A stretch of DNA of 62,113 bases, counting the filler. It is 7 parts of 7 records of this genome, joined end to end, with 100 filler letters (N's around TTAATTAATTAA, not from the genome) between each part and the next. Parts side by side here need not be neighbours in the genome. Positions count along the whole stretch, not along the records: positions 55,097 to 62,113 come from SRR2962707_2420; 6 more parts are not named here. One strand, 5' to 3'. The notes under the pieces are model-generated. The model was not told the DNA's origin. It searched no databases and saw nothing but the letters and a program-made list of their open reading frames with translations. Of this stretch, positions 56,489-62,113 are shown piece after piece (the stretch's first letter is position 1; every line of letters begins with the position of its first letter). Both the position numbers and the translations under genes were made by a program.

Positions 56489-57442
56489 ATGAGTAGCGAT
56501 GTAATAGGCTTGCAGACCACGATTTCGAGGTCGATCTCTCTTTCTGGTATCGGAGTGCACTCCGGTGAAGCAGTCTCTATTTCCTTCCATCCGGCGGACC
56601 CCGATACGGGCATCGTTTTCAACCGGTTGCTGCCTTCCGGTGACGTTGTCAGTGTTCGCGCTGTCTCTTCGCAGGTTGGTTCCACCGATCTGTGCACCCT
56701 TCTGGGCAAGGCTCCCGATCGCTCGATAGCGACGGTCGAGCACCTGATGGCCGCGCTTTATGCGCTTGGTGTCGACAATATCAGCATTGAACTTGATGGC
56801 AGCGAAGTGCCGATCATGGACGGCAGTGCCTCTGTGTTCATCGAAGCGCTCGATGCGGCGGGTCTTGTCAATCATTCGGTCAAGCGCCGCTATATCCGCG
56901 TCATCAAGCCGGTCCGTATCGAAATGGGCGGCTCCTGGGCTGAATTCAGCCAGCACAACGGCACCCGTTTTGAAATCGACATCGATTTTGACACGCCGTT
57001 GATCGGCCGCCAGTCCTGGAAGGGTGAAGTGACAGCCGACACGTTCCGTCGCGAACTTGCCCGCGCCCGCACCTTTGGCTTCATGCGTGATGTCGAGCGG
57101 CTCTGGGCTTCCGGCCATGCGCTGGGCTCGTCGCTTGAGAACTCCGTGGTGATCGGTGATGACGACAAGGTCATCAATATTGAAGGGCTTCGCTACCGCG
57201 ACGAATTCGCCCGTCACAAGACACTTGATGCCGTGGGCGACCTGGCACTGGCCGGTGCCCAGTTCATCGGCTGCTACCGCAGCTATCGCGGTGGCCACAA
57301 ACTCAATGCGCTGGCACTCAGGGCCTTGCTGGCCGATCAATCAGCTTATGAAGTGGTTGAAGCTCCGGCTCGCCGCAACACTGTTCGTCATGGTGAACTG
57401 GTGGCTGTCAATGCTGCGCTGTTCGCACCTTGGGCCCTTTAA
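56489..57442 (+). CDS. lpxC: UDP-3-O-acyl-N-acetylglucosamine deacetylase
   Basis: GIGVHSG, TVEHLMAAL, EVPIMDGSA, ARTFGF, HKTLDAVGDL, GGHKLN. Confidence 0.97.
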   Translation: MSSDVIGLQTTISRSISLSGIGVHSGEAVSISFHPADPDTGIVFNRLLPSGDVVSVRAVSSQVGSTDLCTLLGKAPDRSIATVEHLMAALYALGVDNISIELDGSEVPIMDGSASVFIEALDAAGLVNHSVKRRYIRVIKPVRIEMGGSWAEFSQHNGTRFEIDIDFDTPLIGRQSWKGEVTADTFRRELARARTFGFMRDVERLWASGHALGSSLENSVVIGDDDKVINIEGLRYRDEFARHKTLDAVGDLALAGAQFIGCYRSYRGGHKLNALALRALLADQSAYEVVEAPARRNTVRHGELVAVNAALFAPWAL

Positions 57443-57790
57443 CGGGCCAAAGACACCCAAATCAGGCTGTTGGCGCATGGCCAGCAATCGCGGTCATGCC
57501 GTCGGGCAGGCGCGCGAGCTTGTTCTTTCGCGCTCTGGACTGCGTCGCACACAGCTGATGGCGCTCGTGCTGCGTCGCCGCCCGCTCATTGCCAGATCAC
57601 GAAATCCCGGCGCAGAAACGATTCCATTTCAAGGGGAACGGTTCTAAACTCGTGATATTGAAGAAGATCATTGCCACAAAATTGCGGCAAAGCGTCTTCA
57701 TGACGTTGCGAAGTTCGGTCATTTCCGGATAGAAACGCTGGTCTGGTTCTGCGAGATAATTGGTTTCGCAGCTGTTGAGAGGTTTGCAGG

Positions 57791-58657
57791 ATGGTTTCTT
57801 CAGTCAAGCGTGGGCGCGGGCGCGCGTTTCGAGTTGCGCTCATGGTCGCCGGGTTGGCTGGCGTTTCGGCGGGAGTCAGTGGCTGCCAATCCGATCCTGA
57901 CATCGATATCACCAATTATGCGCAATCGGTCGAGCCGGCTGATGTGCTCTACAATCAGGGTCTTGCCAACCTGCAGGCCGGACAGCTGACCGAGGCAGGC
58001 CGAAAGTTCGACGCTGTCGACAAGCAGCACCCCTATTCCGAGTTCGCCCGCAAGGCGATGGTGATGAGCGCGTTCACGAATTACCGCCAGGGTCAGTACT
58101 CCGAGGCGATCAACACGGCGTCGCGCTATCTCAGCCTTTACCCCAATGATGAGGACGCGGCTTACGCGCAATACATCGTCGGGCTTGCCTACTACCGGCA
58201 GATTCCCGAAGTAACACGGGATCAGCGCACATCGTCGCGCGCTATCGCCGCTTTCACCGAAGTGATCGAGCGTTATCCTGATTCCGAATATGTCGAGGAT
58301 AGCCAGGCCAAGTTGCGCTATGCGCGCGATCAGCTGGCCGGCAAGGAAATGCAGGTCGGGCGCTATTACCAGGAGCGCAAGGAATATGTGGCCGCGGCCA
58401 ACCGGTACCGGCTGGTGGTCGAGCAATATCCCAATACCCGTCAGGTCGAAGAGGCGCTGGCGCGTCTGGTCGAGACCTATTATGCGATGGGTTTGGAAAG
58501 CGAAGCACAGACGGCGGCGGCCGTGCTCGGGCATAACTATCCCGACAGCCAGTGGTATGCGGATTCCTACAAGCTCCTGAAGTCACGTGGCCTTGAGCCG
58601 CGTGAGAACAAGGGTTCCTGGATTTCGCGTGCCGGGTCCGCCCTCGTCGGCTCCTGA
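57791..58657 (+). CDS. bamD: Outer membrane protein assembly factor BamD (lipoprotein)
   Basis: Lipobox VSGC, TPR helices, [15 protein letters not shown], conserved position between lpxC and recN. Confidence 0.95.
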   Translation: MVSSVKRGRGRAFRVALMVAGLAGVSAGVSGCQSDPDIDITNYAQSVEPADVLYNQGLANLQAGQLTEAGRKFDAVDKQHPYSEFARKAMVMSAFTNYRQGQYSEAINTASRYLSLYPNDEDAAYAQYIVGLAYYRQIPEVTRDQRTSSRAIAAFTEVIERYPDSEYVEDSQAKLRYARDQLAGKEMQVGRYYQERKEYVAAANRYRLVVEQYPNTRQVEEALARLVETYYAMGLESEAQTAAAVLGHNYPDSQWYADSYKLLKSRGLEPRENKGSWISRAGSALVGS

Positions 58658-58668
58658 AACGGACGGCA

Positions 58669-60342
58669 ATGCTTGTCCAGCTGTCGATCCGCGATATCGT
58701 TCTGATCGAGAAGCTAGATCTCGAGTTTGACGCAGGTCTGTCGGTTCTCACCGGCGAAACCGGCGCCGGTAAATCCATCCTTCTTGACAGCCTTTCGCTG
58801 GCGCTGGGCGGCCGCGGCGATGGCGGCCTTGTGCGCCATGGGGCGGACAAGGGGCAGGTCACGGCCGTATTTGACGTTGGTGCTGATCATCCCGCACGCC
58901 TGCTGTTGCGCGCCAACGACATTGATGATGACGGCGATCTGGTGTTCCGCCGGGTACAGGCGGGCGACGGCCGCACACGGGTGTTCATCAATGATCAGCC
59001 GGCGAGCGTGGCGCTGATGCGCGAGGCCGGATCGCTGCTGGTTGAGATCCACGGCCAGCATGATAACCGGGCGCTGATCGATACTGACGCGCACCGGGCG
59101 TTGCTTGATGTTTTTGGCGACCTGTCGGAGCGGACGGCGGATGTCGGGCGCCTGCACGAAGCCTGGCGCGGCGCGGAGCGGGCGCTGAAGGCGCACCGTG
59201 CCAGGGTCGAGGAGGCGCGTCGGGAGGCTGACTGGCTGCGGGCCTCCGTCGATGAGCTGGAAAAGCTTCATCCTATTGAAGGGGAGGAAGAAGAGCTTGC
59301 GGTGCGCCGCTCGCTGATGATGAAATCCGAAAAGATGGCCAGCGACATCAACGAGGCCAATGAGGTGCTCAACGGCCAGGGTTCGCCGATGCCGGTGATC
59401 AGTGGGCTGGTGCGGCGGCTGGAGCGCAAGGCGCAGGAAGCGCCCGAACTGCTCAATGACACAGTGGCAGCGCTTGATGCGGCGCTCAATGCGCTGGCTG
59501 ACGCGCAGACCGCGGTGGAGACCGCACTCCGCATGGCGGATTTCAATCCGCGCGAACTGGAAGAAACCGAGGAGCGGCTGTTCGCACTCCGTGCGGCGGC
59601 GCGCAAATACAATGTTCCGGTGGAGGCATTGCCGGAACTGGCATCCCGGATGGTTGCCGACCTGTCGGATCTTGATGCCGGTGAAGAGCGGCTTGAAGCC
59701 ATGGAGCTGCGGGTTCGCGACTCAAAGGCCGCGTTCCTGCAGGCGGCGGAACAGCTCTCCGAGCGGCGGCACAAGACCGGCAAGGGACTGGCGGGCGCGG
59801 TGATGGCCGAATTGCCGGCGCTGAAGCTGGAGCGGGCAGAATTCCTCGTCGAGATTGCCAGTGATATCGAGCATGCCGGGCCGTCGGGTATCGACGCGGT
59901 CGCCTTTCACGTGCGCACCAACCCGGGGTCGCGTCCCGGACCGATCATGAAGGTGGCGTCCGGTGGCGAGCTGTCGCGGTTCCTGCTGGCGCTGAAGGTG
60001 GCGTTGGCGGATCGCGGGTCTGCACCGACACTGGTGTTCGACGAGATCGACACCGGGGTAGGCGGCGCCGTGGCTGATGCCATTGGCAAGCGGCTCAAAC
60101 GGCTGGCATCGGGTGTTCAGGTGCTGTCCGTCACCCATGCACCGCAGGTCGCCGCTCGTGCCGCCACGCATCTGCTGATCGCCAAGGGGCCGTCCGATCC
60201 GGGGTCCAAGACCGTGTCCACACGGGTGAGCACCATGGATGCTGATGCGCGGCGCGAAGAGATTGCCCGGATGCTGGCAGGCGAGCATGTGACCGATGAA
60301 GCGCGCGCTGCAGCGGCACGGCTGCTCGATGCGGCAGACTGA
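58669..60342 (+). CDS. recN: DNA repair protein RecN
   Basis: GETGAGKS, EIHGQH, ASGGELSR, FDEIDTGVGG, VTHAPQVAA. Confidence 0.97.
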   Translation: MLVQLSIRDIVLIEKLDLEFDAGLSVLTGETGAGKSILLDSLSLALGGRGDGGLVRHGADKGQVTAVFDVGADHPARLLLRANDIDDDGDLVFRRVQAGDGRTRVFINDQPASVALMREAGSLLVEIHGQHDNRALIDTDAHRALLDVFGDLSERTADVGRLHEAWRGAERALKAHRARVEEARREADWLRASVDELEKLHPIEGEEEELAVRRSLMMKSEKMASDINEANEVLNGQGSPMPVISGLVRRLERKAQEAPELLNDTVAALDAALNALADAQTAVETALRMADFNPRELEETEERLFALRAAARKYNVPVEALPELASRMVADLSDLDAGEERLEAMELRVRDSKAAFLQAAEQLSERRHKTGKGLAGAVMAELPALKLERAEFLVEIASDIEHAGPSGIDAVAFHVRTNPGSRPGPIMKVASGGELSRFLLALKVALADRGSAPTLVFDEIDTGVGGAVADAIGKRLKRLASGVQVLSVTHAPQVAARAATHLLIAKGPSDPGSKTVSTRVSTMDADARREEIARMLAGEHVTDEARAAAARLLDAAD

Positions 60343-60353
60343 CGAGATCAGGC

Positions 60354-60974
60354 TTACCAGAAAACCTTGTTGAAAGCTGACGGGCCTTCGAGGCGCGCCA
60401 TGAGACTGCTGACGCGAGACGTGGAATCCTTCGCGCTGTCGGTGCTCCACTGTATCCTTGCGTTGTCACGCGATTCGCTGGAGATCATCTCGACGATGCT
60501 TCTGAGCTGGTGTGCCGTGTTCATGAAGCTGACCGCCGTTTCGGCATCTTCCGTGTTCAGCCTGACATTGACCGGGGTGTCATCGGCCAGAATGTCGAGA
60601 TAGGCCCTGGGCATTGCGCTGTCGTCAGCCTGTTCCATGTTGGTGGGCTGCTCAAGCCCTGCCAGTGTCTTGAACGCGGATGCAAAGTCGGTCGCAGCGG
60701 ATTCAAGCTCCTTGGCCATCCGGGCGGTGTGACCCGCCAGGAACCCCGGCGCGAGGTTGAACAGCGCCAGCGTGTTCATCTGTTCCTTGAGGTGCTTGAG
60801 GCGGTCTTCCGCGAAGGCCTTGCGGCTCAACGCTGCCGATTCGACGAAATTGTCCAGTTTTGCCAGCGGGTCCGAAGCTTCGTCCTGCGCCGGTACATCA
60901 GCTGACGCACGAGCCGGTGCTGGCCGCTCCAAGGCTGTGGTCTGATAGGTAACTGGATTTGCGCCGACGATCAT
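60354..60974 (-). CDS. Hypothetical helical protein between recN and ligA
   Basis: 206-aa ORF filling the intergenic space, with AAGGA upstream of the ATG at 60974. No family recognised. Confidence 0.65.
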   Translation of the reverse strand: MIVGANPVTYQTTALERPAPARASADVPAQDEASDPLAKLDNFVESAALSRKAFAEDRLKHLKEQMNTLALFNLAPGFLAGHTARMAKELESAATDFASAFKTLAGLEQPTNMEQADDSAMPRAYLDILADDTPVNVRLNTEDAETAVSFMNTAHQLRSIVEMISSESRDNARIQWSTDSAKDSTSRVSSLMARLEGPSAFNKVFW

Positions 60975-61102
60975 GTGCCCGCTGGTCCTTTGTCGCAGAC
61001 TGAAAAATGCTGCTCTCTGCAAGTATACGTACCAAGTCTTAACCGCCGATTGATTGCGCTCCATCGCCCCTGTCGTCTTTTCATTCCTGCCGATTGCTCT
61101 AA

Positions 61103-62113
<1,011 letters not shown>

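Noticed and set aside
61017-61034. Sigma54 promoter (TGGTACG...TTGCA, minus strand) for the orphan gene
   Set aside because: The GG-to-GC spacing is 11 nt rather than the strict 10.

Overview
This window is not one locus. It is seven unrelated contigs joined by an artificial 100-bp linker (44 N + TTAATTAATTAA + 44 N), most plausibly from a metagenome or a non-axenic protist culture. Four contigs (1-11589, 11690-19962, 20063-25317, 49205-54996) come from an intron-containing eukaryote, and each holds exactly one convergent gene pair: IQ/coiled-coil protein + dynactin p150; Rrn6/TAF1C-like protein + TPR protein; fused OHCU decarboxylase/HIU hydrolase + secreted sulfotransferase-like protein; SAP/WW/SAM protein + Aha1 N-domain protein. 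Contig 25418-33987 is a complete circular ~8,540-bp mobilizable plasmid, probably alphaproteobacterial. It carries an iteron Rep_3 replicon, MobC/relaxase/oriT, a coupling protein lacking a transmembrane anchor next to a small membrane protein, a candidate single-protein partition gene, a structured non-coding element, and a C-protein-controlled type II restriction-modification module whose methyltransferase has atypical motifs. Contig 34088-49104 is gammaproteobacterial (Marinobacter-like, by inference): PIN-PhoH, an AraC-controlled flavoprotein / 2-hydroxy-acid dehydrogenase / ThDP-enzyme operon, an MCP, a DctB/DctD pair and a TAXI-TRAP transporter. Contig 55097-62113 is a rhizobial-type ftsZ-lpxC-bamD-recN-(orphan)-ligA region. 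The plasmid is the most promising source of novelty. All family calls come from motif recognition by eye; no searches were run.
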